A stretch of DNA of 64,000 nucleotides, taken from NCBI GenBank assembly GCA_030141605.1, contig JAQGDQ010000044.1:620001-684000 (forward strand), read 5' to 3'. How positions within the stretch are numbered: the first letter of the stretch is position 1; each line of letters begins with the position of its first letter. The position numbers were made by a program, and so were the translations under genes. Below the pieces are notes generated by a model that had not been told where the DNA came from, searched no databases, and was given only the letters and a program-made list of their open reading frames with translations. This document shows positions 34,986 to 54,876 of this stretch, one piece after another. The stretch comes from Tubiluchus corallicola (taxonomy: Eukaryota > Animalia > Priapulida).

Positions 34986-36729
34986 TTGGTTGCAACCATG
35001 TTGACAAAGGACGAGAATCGTGCAAACGACACAGTTTAGAGTAGAAATAAGTAAACGTGGAAAAGCAATTTCAAAAAGCACTTGAAGTCAAATTTTTAAT
35101 AAGTGTAATCAATTTTAATGACGTTGTAGCAGTAAAATAAGATTTCTGACATGATCAGAAGAGAAATGAGTTAAACCCGAGTTGAGATGAGATGGCTTCT
35201 TCATTTTCAATTCTGACACTAAAGAAATGTGTTTACAAGAAAAAAATCAAACAAAATATCAGAGACTTTTAATTCAAAAGTCGAGATGCAAGGTTATTTA
35301 ATCAATTATTGTTCATATAAATTCACAACTAAACCTTGAAATATCTTAAATATGGGGCGATTTGACGTGACAGAGTTCCAGGTTAGCTCACTTCCCTTTT
35401 CTCTGCCTCTTTTAGCATGTTAAAAGGGTTCTAGCATATTAACAACTTCGAAAAATCACTCGAAACACTTAATTATTGTGACACTAATAGATAAATTCAG
35501 TAAAATACAAATTATTGATTTTTTGCAATAATGGGTGCCAAATCTGTTAAAATAGTAAGTATTTAACTTTTTTTCAGTTAGTGAGCTTATGTGGGTTGCA
35601 GCAGACTGTTTCTTTGCTGGAACCGAAACCACGTCATCAACACTTTATTGGGCGTTTATTTACTTGCTGCATTATCCCGATGTACAGAAACGCGTGCAGA
35701 AAGAAATTGATGACGTCATTGGAAAATCAAGGCTGCCATCTGTAGCCGACAAACCAAACATGCCTTTCACGGAAGCAACTTTAACTGAAATACAAAGAAT
35801 GGGTAATGAAAGTGTTGGCAAAAATAAGAAATTTTTTGTTGACCATACTGATGATTTACAAACTATATTAACATTCATTGCTACTATCATCCTAATTTTC
35901 TAATTTTTTCCATGGCACTTTTTTCCATATATATGTAGCTTATATCATAGAACTTACAAAAAGGCTTTTAAAATGTTGTTTCGTATTTACATCCAGAGCT
36001 AAAGCAACATGATACTAGTCATTTGTGATGGCCTGCAATTTTTGGTCTTTTGAAAGTAGTATTTTCAACACATTTTCAGGAAACATTGTACCACTTGGAG
36101 TACCACATTCCACTTCAAAAGAGGTGACGTTTCAAGGCTACAGAATACCAGCTCGTACGACTGTAATGTTGAACTTGACTGCCATCCATCAGGATCCGGT
36201 CATGTTTCCGGAACCTAATCACTTCCGTCCTGAACGCCATTTGAACGACAAAGGAGAGTTTGTAAAGAATGATGCAGTAATTCCATTTTCAGTTGGTGAG
36301 ATTTATTTTACACATAGAGAAAGAAGAAGAAAAAGAAAACCTTCTAATGGAGGGGGTGTGGGATAGATGGTTATAGCATCTATTTACAAAACCTCATCAG
36401 AAGGGAAGGACAGGCAGATAGACCTTTTTTTCTTTCACCAATACATAACCAATTATCGGTTAAGTTTGAGTAAGGCTAGAAAGGTGATCAGAGTTTGCAC
36501 AGGTGTTGAAACTTGGATTCGAACCAAGAACCTCTGGATTGGCTTTCAGGTGTTGTAACCACACAGACACCTGACACAAAGTAGAGCAATGTTTTGGTTA
36601 TAGACATTTTATTACTTGGAAGCAGCATACCTTTTGTTACACATTAACACCTGGTTAGGCAATGTGATGCGTCCACCATTGCATGCCACTAACCTCCAAC
36701 ACATCTAGCCCATTTTTCTAAAAAAGTGT

Positions 36730-36764
<35 letters not shown>

Positions 36765-38736
36765 TCCTATTATACATATATATAATGTAAACATATATAT
36801 ATGTATACATTATATATATGTATGTATACATATATAATGCTCATCTGCGCTCTCGTACAAACTCACAAAGGGAATTTGAATCTTGTTAAAAGGACATAGG
36901 TATAGCCAACAAGGAAGACATTTTCTTATAGGACAGTGTTGAAGACAAATCTCCAACAAATCAAGCCAACATATCAAAAAGTGTTTTATGTCTATATAAT
37001 GCTCGCCTTGGCTCTCATTCGAAAACACAAAGGGAGTTTCAATCTTGCCAGAGGGACACGGGTATAGCCCACTAGAAAGGCATTTTTATAGGACAGGCAA
37101 TCACAAATTCCTGAAAGGTAGTTAGTCATGTAACTGAACTTGATCACCGTCAGTAAAAATAATACCACAATATAGAATAGTTATTTAGTCCATTAGCAAT
37201 TTAACTAAATAATGTCACAATGCTACCAAATCGTACACACTTTTAATTTTGCAGTTATGCACATGCAGCATGAACAGAAGTAAAATCAAACAGTGCTCTT
37301 CTGAGACGTCCCATTATCGTAATCATAAATAAGACAATGTGCCTTATCTCTACCTTACAGCTAACAAAGGTCCTGTGAAAAACGAAAACTTCTGTGTCTT
37401 AATGGGCCCTTTGTATTCTTTGCGATTTGAATGTGAGTCTTTGAATGTAAGTAAGACTCTGTTTATGTTTCCAAAGATCCTGAATACGTTCTACCACTTT
37501 CAGTAGTATGGAAATTATCGGCCTAAAACCGCTTGCAAATAGGCCTAATCAATGAAAGTTCTAATGCAACATGCAGGTTTGTAAAAACGGCTTTTGCAGC
37601 TTCAATAAAAACCATTAACGGTAACTGCAAAATGAAATGAAGAATCATTTTAAAATCAGTTCAAAAGAAGACAAAACGAACTTACTAGTATCAGCAGAGT
37701 ATTAAGAGAAAAACATGTGCAAGTCCTATTATGGCGCACTAGAGTTTTATAAAATAGTTTTGTTTGTTTAGGTCGACGTGTCTGTCTTGGTGAAGCTTTG
37801 GCAAGAATGGAGCTGTTTTTATACTTCACGAGCATACTGCAAAACTTTGACATTCAGCTACCCCCTGGTGCTCCTAAACCGAGCTTAGAACCACATTTTG
37901 GTTTCCTAGTGTCAGCTCCCGAACCTTATAAGATTCAAATGAATGTTCGTTAATCAACATTAATAAGATAGAATATAGCTGTACGTGAATAGAGAGAAAA
38001 ATTACTTTAAAAAGAGTTGTTTTTTTTTGCTAAGTGCTGTCAGAAAAGTTTTAGTGTTAAAGAATTGTAAATTTAAAAAAATATTTAAGTAACGTTTTTT
38101 TGTGATTAGGTTTAAAACAGAAATAGTTTAAGTAAACATTTTCAGCATGAGAAAGCTGGTTGCAAACTAGATTTTACATGTTGGCAGTACTTGATGGCTT
38201 AAACTTGCTTTAACGTGAAATATAGATAATTACTCGATCTATCATCGTGAATTTTGTAATTTCTTTTGTTTACATGTGTCCAGTAGCCAATATTCAATAA
38301 CTACTTGTGTGTTTTGCCTGAAAAACAAGCATCATAGAAATTCCGTTGCCTTACATTTGGTGAGGTATCACAGATTCAGCAGAATAAGATTTGCGCGTTA
38401 ACATTTTCATTTCATTTTTTTATTTGAAACCTCTTGGCACCAGTGAATTATAGTAGTTACCACTATATTACTTCAGAAGGCAGACGATAAAACACTTATA
38501 AAAATAAGGTTAGACGTTAGTAACGTCAAATCATATTTATTTGATTTTTTTCTTGTGCCATACAGATTGAAAATTTGTTTGTTTGTTGTTTTTTGTCTGT
38601 TATTTGTTTTTCGTGCATTGATTCGTTTGTTTGTGTGCTGATTCGCTTACTTGCGTACCTGTTTATTCGTGTTTCTGCTAGTTTTCTCTCATTTTTTAAA
38701 ATTATTTTCTTAATGACATTTTTATTTAGACTACAA

Positions 38737-39170
38737 CAGTGGCTGATTTAGGGGGTGTGCTCAAGGGGCCTGGGCCCTCCCTTTCACAGTAACAGTTACA
38801 ACACACCAAATGAATATTTTCTCTGAATTATACGCATTACAACGATTTCCTAAATCCTAAAGATGCCTTATATCTGTAAAACTCATGTATCACCAGAAAA
38901 CAAATGTAAATGATTGTACATTCATGTATGCTGTATAATGTTTATCAATATATTGGCATGTAATCTTAAATCAAAGGTGAAATGAAACCTGTTCTAAACT
39001 AGTGAGCGTCCTTGAAGAAATGGCTTTTAGAAGGCAGAAAAGTGGTCGAAATGCAGTAAAATGTGTTGTTGTCCGGGTGGACCTCGTTGGGGAGCTTACA
39101 CCGCTCCCCCAACCCCCGTAAGTGCTTTTCTGTTGGACTCACCGTTGTTCTAAAACCTGTATCCGCCCCT
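38737..39170. mobile_element. Degenerate MITE (hAT-like termini)
   Basis: CAGTGGCTGATTTAGGGGG at left and TATCCGCCCCT at right; GC-rich subterminal blocks; no clear TSD. Confidence 0.4.
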
Positions 39171-40319
39171 ATATTACATAAGCGGCTATAACTAATACGG
39201 GAACAGAGAAATAGAAGCATTTGAAAACATAATTATATATCCGTTAGTTATATACATTTGTAGATCCTTTTAAACTATGTCTTGTTAATTGCTATACTAC
39301 AAACGCTTGTTTTTTTTCTGTATTTAAAAATAAAATTGTCATAAAACGGAATGTTGCAGTTGGTTACACTTATTTAATGTGAGCAGTGTGCTGTGTTGCG
39401 GGGAAAAGCAATGCATACTACTACTGTTGTTTCCAAAATATTTAAAAGACAAGAAAAAGGGTACCTGATGTAGGTTTCAGAAAAATCGCCTTAAAAATTA
39501 TACTACTTTACAGCAATTATATGTGTACATAGTGCTTGCGTTGAAAGGAATTTTTGTTTGTTTTCATTTTAAATCTTCTGCAATACTGTTCTGACGGCGC
39601 CATTACATGACGTCACTACGACACGAAAATCAGGGGAAGAAAAGGCATTGCTAAATTATTTCCAAAAAAATATTCCATGCATATCCATATTACTTACCAT
39701 TTCGCTTAACTGCTGGAAAGACTTATGTAACTAGAAATAACAATTTAAAATATTCGTGCCAATTGGTAAAATGTCGCTGAGTCACCCTTCAGGGTGCGCC
39801 ACTCAGTAACCAAAATGGTATTTCTAATCTTATTGACAAGATACAGTAATTTAAAATTTTACTTAGTTAGTAACATGTATGCTAGGATGCTCTGATTATT
39901 TTTTCAAAAATTACTCAGTGTTATCTATGCTAGGATGCTCTGATTATTTTTTCAAACTTTGCTCAGTGTTATCTAAACTTGTTTCAAACGACCTACCATC
40001 AAAATGGCTGCCCCTAATGGTCATCGCGGGAGTAAATTTACACACTTTATTCAGCGTTACAGCCGACGCAAACGACGATGCCGACTGCATGCAAAAAGAC
40101 AGTGTGTAAATGGTATAAATTTCAAGACGAATTTTTTAAGCTTTATGTAAGTGGAGGTTTTTCTTGTGCTTTAAAAATTTACTTTTAAAATAATCTACAA
40201 CCTCCTTGCATGAACGTAGTTTCTTCTTGCAAATCTCTGTCTCATTTCCATCCTAGTGACCCATCAACTTATACCGGCCAATAATTAATATTACACTCGA
40301 GGGTTAGCAACCAGGAAGA

Positions 40320-40720
40320 GATTGTCAGAGTGCACTTAAATGTATCCAAGGTTTTTGATTGATTTCAACATGACGGTTTTTTTTCAAATTACATGCAGCC
40401 CATTATTAGATTGGCTAAAATAAAATAATATTTAGAGAGCTGTCATCAAAGTGTTGTCATTAAGGGATCTGAATGCCTCAGAAAGGATTCACGTAGAGGC
40501 GGGAGTCTCCAAGGATAGATTCTACGCCCACTGTTGTTTTGGTGTTCATTAATGACACATCTGCAAACTTGGAGAATACTCTTCGTTGTTTACATACTTT
40601 TTTCTAACTCTCTCTCTTTTTTGTCCCCTGAAAAATATTAGCCTTGCAGTTGAAATCCTAAACTGTGACATTACTAAAATTCAAAACTTGGTATTCAAAG
40701 TGGTTAATAACAATGATGGT
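40320..40720 (+). mobile_element. Highly degenerate LINE reverse transcriptase fragment
   Basis: Remnants of SKAFD (SKVFD) and GVPQGSILGPLLF..FIND motifs with frameshifts. Confidence 0.6.
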
Positions 40721-41661
40721 TCAAAAGTAGTTCAGTAAAATGCTGGAGGTATAATACTTTTTTCGTAATGCTGAAAATGAAGTAATGAATTGTATTTTCG
40801 ACTATTAACACAGTGGCTTGCTCAGTGCTGTGTTATCTCCCGGAAACTCTATATCGAAGACAAAACCGACTGCAATTCTTTTAACACGTTAGTCTATTCA
40901 GGTATGTTAATTTAGTCTTTTTATTTTATTTAATTAGCTTTTATTCTGGGAAGACTTATTGCATAGTGATTGGTTTTTCTTTCTATTCAGTCGTGGTAAT
41001 TTTTTATAGCTTGTTATATTTTAAATCAATGATGTTTTGCTTTTCATTTTCTTTTTTTCACTCTGGTGACCTACTGCCTTAACATTTTATCTGTAATATT
41101 CATCTGATGAGGCCGTTAGGACGAAAACTCCTGAAATAAATAAGTAATCTATTGTGAGATTATAAAGTGCATTCAACGTTTTATTCAGGCTAAAGATGGC
41201 AAGCCTCATGCGCATTTTTTTCACATTTTAGATGATTTAAAAAATTTGGCGCACGTTATTCCAAAACCGGTAGCCCTTAAAACAGCGCCCTCTTGCCCAC
41301 GTATAAAACAAGTCTAGCATGACCTTGTACTTCAGTAGTCCACTCATAAGTGAGCTTAAAAATAGGTTTATTTCCGAATTTGCGAGTGCCGTTGCGCTCA
41401 GTTAAAGCTTGCTTGTGAGTCTTGTACATAACAGGCAGTACTGCTTAGCAATAAACAGTCAAATCTCGATATTAGCGTTGATTACATCATTTAAATGTGT
41501 TGATTTACATCTACAAACGTTATATTGTAGACACGTGTATAAAAAACACGTCTTCAAAATTAGTGCGACGCTTTCAAATATCCCAAGCGGCCAAGGCAGT
41601 GAAATCTATTTTTAAAAAAATTGCAGTCTGTTGTGTTTAATGCAGCAACATCGACATTAGC

Positions 41662-49694
<8,033 letters not shown>

Positions 49695-50641
49695 AGTGTC
49701 GAACACCCACAAGTACAAGAGTTTCATATGAAAATCTGCATGATTGTTCATGCAACGTAGGGTCAAGCGGTAAGGGGCTAGGCGCCTAGAGGAGAAGTTT
49801 CAGATGCAAAAGCAGGAACTTTTGCCATGGGAGGAATTCGGTCAGACGAAGAACTCTAATCTGGGGGGAAATGTATTCTATGCACTGTGTATACACCTAT
49901 ACTTAACCAAATGAACTGCTGCTAATATACACAAGTTAGTAAGCTGCGTGCAGACGAAAGTTAGAATTAAAACACATTGAAGTTTTGTGAAGATTTAATT
50001 AACTATCATCTTTTTCTATTAATGCACTTAAACATTGAAGTTTTGTGATGATTCAATTAACTATCATCTTTTTTCTATTAATGCACTTAAAAAGAGGAGC
50101 TTTAAACTTGTAATTCTTTAGCAACTCATTTGGACATTAAATCATGTACATGTTTTATGACGAATTAAAATACTGATTTCGTTTTTCATTTGATTTAACT
50201 AATTCAAGATTAAAGTTGTTTTAATAATTAAAGTGCAGAGGCAGAAAAATTAATGGAGTAAATTTAGGAAACCAGGAATCGCAAAGGTTGGCATGCGAAT
50301 CAGAGCTCCGAGCGTCATTGGCTGGGGAATTGAACAAATACAGATGTTTCCAGAGCAAGGGTATACCTTGTTTTAGTCCTTTATTTCAAATACACGTTTT
50401 ACGTAGCTTGATAGATATCCAACTCTAGAATGTAAATAAATAATAGACAGCAAATCATGTGTTCCAGTAAAAATGACAAAGAAAAATTATTAAAACACGG
50501 AAGACTACAATGAAATTATATTTGTTGTAGTTTTAATTATTATATATATATATAATTGTTATAATATATATATATATATAAATATTAGAAACCTAAATAA
50601 TTACTGTTTAAATATAAATAAAAATAAAACGATGGGATGCT

Positions 50642-51944
50642 TTATCCTTTGATCTGAGGTCTGACAACTGTATAATTCTCGTCAACGCAACACGCCTTGC
50701 AAGTATCACAAGCCCTGGAATAAGAAAAAAAACCGTCTAATTATTATTAATAAAATTGGATACTTTTAAACTGTTGATGTGTATCGATATTTTTATCATT
50801 TAACCGTTACATAGGATAAATGGTTGGGGCTTTCTGACAGTCTATTGTGGCTTTTTGACAATCTATTGTGGCTTTCTGACAATCTATATTTAGAGGTCAT
50901 CTGATGCAACCGTAACCTGCAAAATTACAACCGTTAAAACAAAAAACCAAACAAACACAAAAACAAACAAATAAACAAACAGCAGACACAAACACACAAA
51001 TAAACAAACAGACAAACAAGCAAGCAAACAGCTAAAACAAAAGCCAAATTCCCATGCAGAGATTAAAAAGTCCTATTCAAAGTCCTATTCAATTTATTGT
51101 ACTTACGATTTGATACTTACACACATTTCTCATGATATCCACACTGCTTAATTCTGGGATCGCATGGCCACACAAAACAGTAATACGTAACTGGAGCCCA
51201 ACAACCTGTAACCAAGAAAACTCCTTTTACGAGTGTCGTGGTGGCTGTCTCTCTGCCGGAGTGCACCACCATAATGGACGTTCTCTATTACTTAATAAAC
51301 ATTTCCGAAATTTAACAACAATTACGACGTATCTGAACTGAAAACGTAGGTGGAAGTTCAAAACAAACAAGCGTAGGAGCGATTAGATGTAAGTAACCTC
51401 TTGCAAAAGTAATTCACCATTTGTTTTGATCCCGTTAATAGTAAGTGCATTTAATCTAGACAACGGAATTCTAATTTATCACTGTAACAACTTGAAAGAA
51501 CAGTACTCACCGCTTAGGAGACATTCATTTTCTGGTGGATGTTTCAATTTATCAAAAAAACTTGCAGCTGTCACTTCTAAATTAAAAAACACCAAACCGT
51601 ATTACTGTAAGTTATGTACGTCTATACTGTACGGTACTTGTCAAAAAACTTTCAGTTGTCACTTGTAAATTAAAACTACCATACCGTATTACTGTAAGTT
51701 ATGTATGTCTATACTGTACGGTACTTGTCAAAAAACTTTTCGTTGTCACTTCTAAATTAAAAAAACACCAAAGAGTATTACTCTAAGTTATTCTTAACAA
51801 GTCTATAGATACTGTACGTATAGAACATAGATTCGTATAGAATACTATGATTTCAAATTATAATAATGCAAACTTACCGTATCCTAAGTTAGCAACTAGC
51901 CCCACAAAAACACAAACCATGAAAATTGTCTTTGACGAATCCAT
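50642..51944 (-). CDS. Small secreted cysteine-rich protein, 93 aa, four coding exons
   Basis: Exons 51944-51878, 51567-51511, 51205-51121, 50714-50642 (282 nt; donors GTAAGT, GTGAGT, GTAAGT; CAG acceptors; phases 1,1,2) give MDSSKTIFMVCVFVGLVANLGYA-ASFFDKLKHPPENECLLSGCWAPVTYYCFVWPCDPRIKQCGYHEKCVACDTCKACCVDENYTVVRPQIKG*. TATATATA at 52113-52120; minus-strand AATAAA near 50380. Confidence 0.82.
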
Positions 51945-52419
51945 TTCAAAATGTCTTGCAACGTTGTTGGCGTATAAATGTTTCTTAATTCAATTTCTGA
52001 AATTCAGTGTCTTTATGAATTCATTTACGACTGTACGTTGAGGTAACATACGTCCTGCAGTCTTGCTTCGACAGTAAACTATCGCATTAAATGTTCAAGG
52101 GTATGAGGGCTGTATATATACGTAATTCATACAAGACTCGTGCTCACAAACAACAACATACAATAGTTTGTGGAACAGGATGCTGGTGTTTCCTTTTAGC
52201 TATTTAACTACTCACGACTACATGTAGTGTAATAACTGATCCGTGTAGCTTCTGAGAGCTCAAAAAGTTGTTACGTACGTAGCCTTTCTGCATCACAATT
52301 TTCTTAAGTATAGACCTACATTTATTAGAAACGAAAATACTTCGCTCAGACGGAAACTTGTAAACACAAAACATCACAGACATTTTAATAGTCCAGCAGG
52401 GAACATCTCTTTGTTCATT

Positions 52420-52760
52420 GCCATCACCACTACATTCACTAACAGCATCACCATCACCATCATCGTCGTCGTCATCATCAACAACGACAACGACAACAGC
52501 AGCAGTAACAACAACAATAACATCATCGTGGTCATCAGCATCATCATCATCATCAACGACAACGACAATAACAACAACAGCAGCAGCAACAACAATAACA
52601 ATAACATCGTCGTGGTCATCAGCATCATCATCATCATCCTCACCATCATCATCAACGACAACAACAACAACAGCAGCAGCAGCAGCAGCAACAACAACAA
52701 CAATAACCTCGTCGTGGTCATCAGCATCATCATCATCATCATGATTGACGATAACAACAG
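52420..52760. repeat. Compound trinucleotide (CAT/CAA/CAG) tract with internal larger repeats
   Basis: Direct reading; explains the poly-D/V/L/S ORFs. Confidence 0.9.
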
Positions 52761-53405
52761 GTACATTCGTGGGCATTGCTTAAGGTACTATGAGGCCAAC
52801 CCTTATGTACATAAATGATAAAAAACCATCAAACATAATTATTAGAATCTATAGTTTAACGAGTGATTATTATTTTTCTAAAACGTCACGGATATTAACA
52901 TTCTGTACAGGAAAACAATCAAAGCTATACATAACAAAACTAATTCCTCATAATCAGGCTGACTTGAGCCAGTAATATAGCAAATTATGTTCAAAAAACA
53001 CAGTGAAATTGTCAACGAATTACAGATTATTTAATACATGATACTTAATCAATAGATAATTAACGTTTAATAAAATTAATTTACTGTCAGTAATTGTCAA
53101 AGAGTTTCGTTCACCAACTTAAGAAAACGAAACAAACACTGCACAAACCGTTTAAACAAATTAAACTGCATACAGTTTTTCGCTGTTCAGAAACTGAGGT
53201 TTACATTACCAAAATTATTATGCTTAATGAATGAATAGTTTAATAATACTTGTTAATGAAGTATAGAGTTACCATAATAAAAAGTCATCAATCATCGAAA
53301 AACATGCTTTCAACGATTGTTGGCCATCTTTATTACACTAAACTGCGTTCAAAATCAAGTAGTCGAATATTTTAACCACTTATCGTGAATCCACTTTGTT
53401 GCGTA

Positions 53406-53807
53406 CAGGGGCGTATCAATACTTTACAGCGTCCTAGGCTGATTATTCTGTCTGGTCCATTTCTATTGCGAACTTATATAATGAGCACGATAAACAATTA
53501 CTTGTGGTGTATTAGAAACACTATTAACCTAGTTTTACGTGGTCATTATTATTAACATGTATTTGCACAGCGCAGGCTGCGCAACTGCTTTTTGTGTAAT
53601 ACCTTGCACCTGTTCGTTATGTGGCACTTATATAAAAGTTGCTCTCACTAATATAAAATGATGTATTAGAAAATGCGCCCTTTACATGAATATGAAAGTA
53701 CACACATTTTCCAAGTAAAATAAGAATTTTTTCTAAAACGTGACGCTCTTCGGACCTTTGGCGCCCTAGGCTTTAGCCTAGTTAGCCTATTTGTTAATAC
53801 GCCCATT
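53406..53807. mobile_element. Degenerate hAT-like MITE
   Basis: CAGGGGCGTATCAA at left and TTAATACGCCCATT at right; subterminal CCTAGGC motifs at both ends; decayed TSD. Confidence 0.45.
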
Positions 53808-54049
53808 ATTGTATACAATGTCTGCGAGCAAACAAGAAAAGAACATTACGTTAAAATTGCAACCCAACATAAATCATCACAATTATTTTGCAACGTGAAA
53901 GACCTGCCTACTACACAAATACAAACTTTATCGTGAACTACATAAGTTATCAAAGCACGCAAGAAAAGCCTGCCACATTGATTCGGAATTCAAGAGATGA
54001 TTTCGTCTTAAATGAATTCTACAAAATTTATAATGTAATATTCTCTCAA

Positions 54050-54675
54050 GTATGGGCCATAATCGTAATGACATAGTAGCTAAAACTCTGATCAATACAT
54101 ATTGTCTACCCAATGTCTACCATACATATTTGTTATACGGATGCGAAATTGGGGGTATATCAGACAATGAAGTTAATGCCATTAGGGTAAAATGGAACAC
54201 TGCTTATAGAAAAATATTCGATTTTAGACAAAATGAAAGCGTCAAATTGTTAATGTATTTTTGTGGCGCATTGCCTGCGAGTTATTTAGTAGATAGTCGA
54301 AAATTAAACTTTGTGAGAAAAATTGTAAACTCCTGCACATTGAGAATTCCAAAGCCATGCTACTATGTAAATAACAGTCAAGTAACTTTAAGATTTAAAC
54401 ATGGTTGTACTGTAGCTCTAAATCCTAAACGAAAATGTAAAATTAAAGGTTAAGAACTCATTTAAAGATTATGTTTTAAGATATCTATTATAGCTCCTTA
54501 CAACACTGTATAATGTAATATAATTACAAGGGAACTACAATGTGTGGTTATTATAAAGTTGAATGTCTGTAGATATGTTATTTTACTAATATCGCATTAC
54601 CTGTTTTACTAACATTTTTATCTTTGTGAGCTGTATATTTTTTATACGAAATAAACTCATAATAACAATAATAAT
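54050..54675 (+). mobile_element. LINE ORF2 C-terminal remnant and 3' end
   Basis: KTLINTYCLP..LLYGCE...WNTAYRKIF...RKLNF; ends in AATAAA and an (AAT)-like tail at ~54650-54675. Confidence 0.6.
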
Positions 54676-54876
54676 TGTAAGTTTCTGTGAAATAATAGTT
54701 AAGTTGAAAAGAATTTGGCAGTAGCTATTCACACACTTGCGGGGCAGGCGGGGCAGAGGACACAATCGATTACAGTGCCATGCCCACAGTGGCTATTTTG
54801 GATGGCATCAAGAAAACTTAACACACAGTATTATAAGACATAATAATATTTACATTTCAGACTTGCACTGGCATTA

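Larger units (their letters stand above)
30590..37953 (+). pseudogene. Cytochrome P450, CYP2 clan (CYP-B), six exons, exon 3 truncated (pseudogene or null allele)
   Basis: Exons 30590-30923, 31956-32310, 34130-(~34220), 35578-35802, 36080-36295, 37772-37953. Motifs intact (WKEQR, FAGTETT, EIQR, PERHL, FSVGRRVCLG), but exon 3 reads ...KTYNPDD FVSLI* (TAA 34236-34238), lacking its 3' half and donor. Confidence 0.8.

Noticed and set aside
49972-50090. Short local tandem duplications (about 60 bp here, about 87 bp at 51565-51790, about 160 bp at 36830-37096)
   Set aside because: Ordinary slippage-type duplications with no further structure.
50795-50920. Alternative acceptor and 21-bp repeats inside the Cys-rich peptide gene
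   Set aside because: It would give a Cys-free, repeat-derived tail; the downstream exon completing the Cys pattern is far more plausible.
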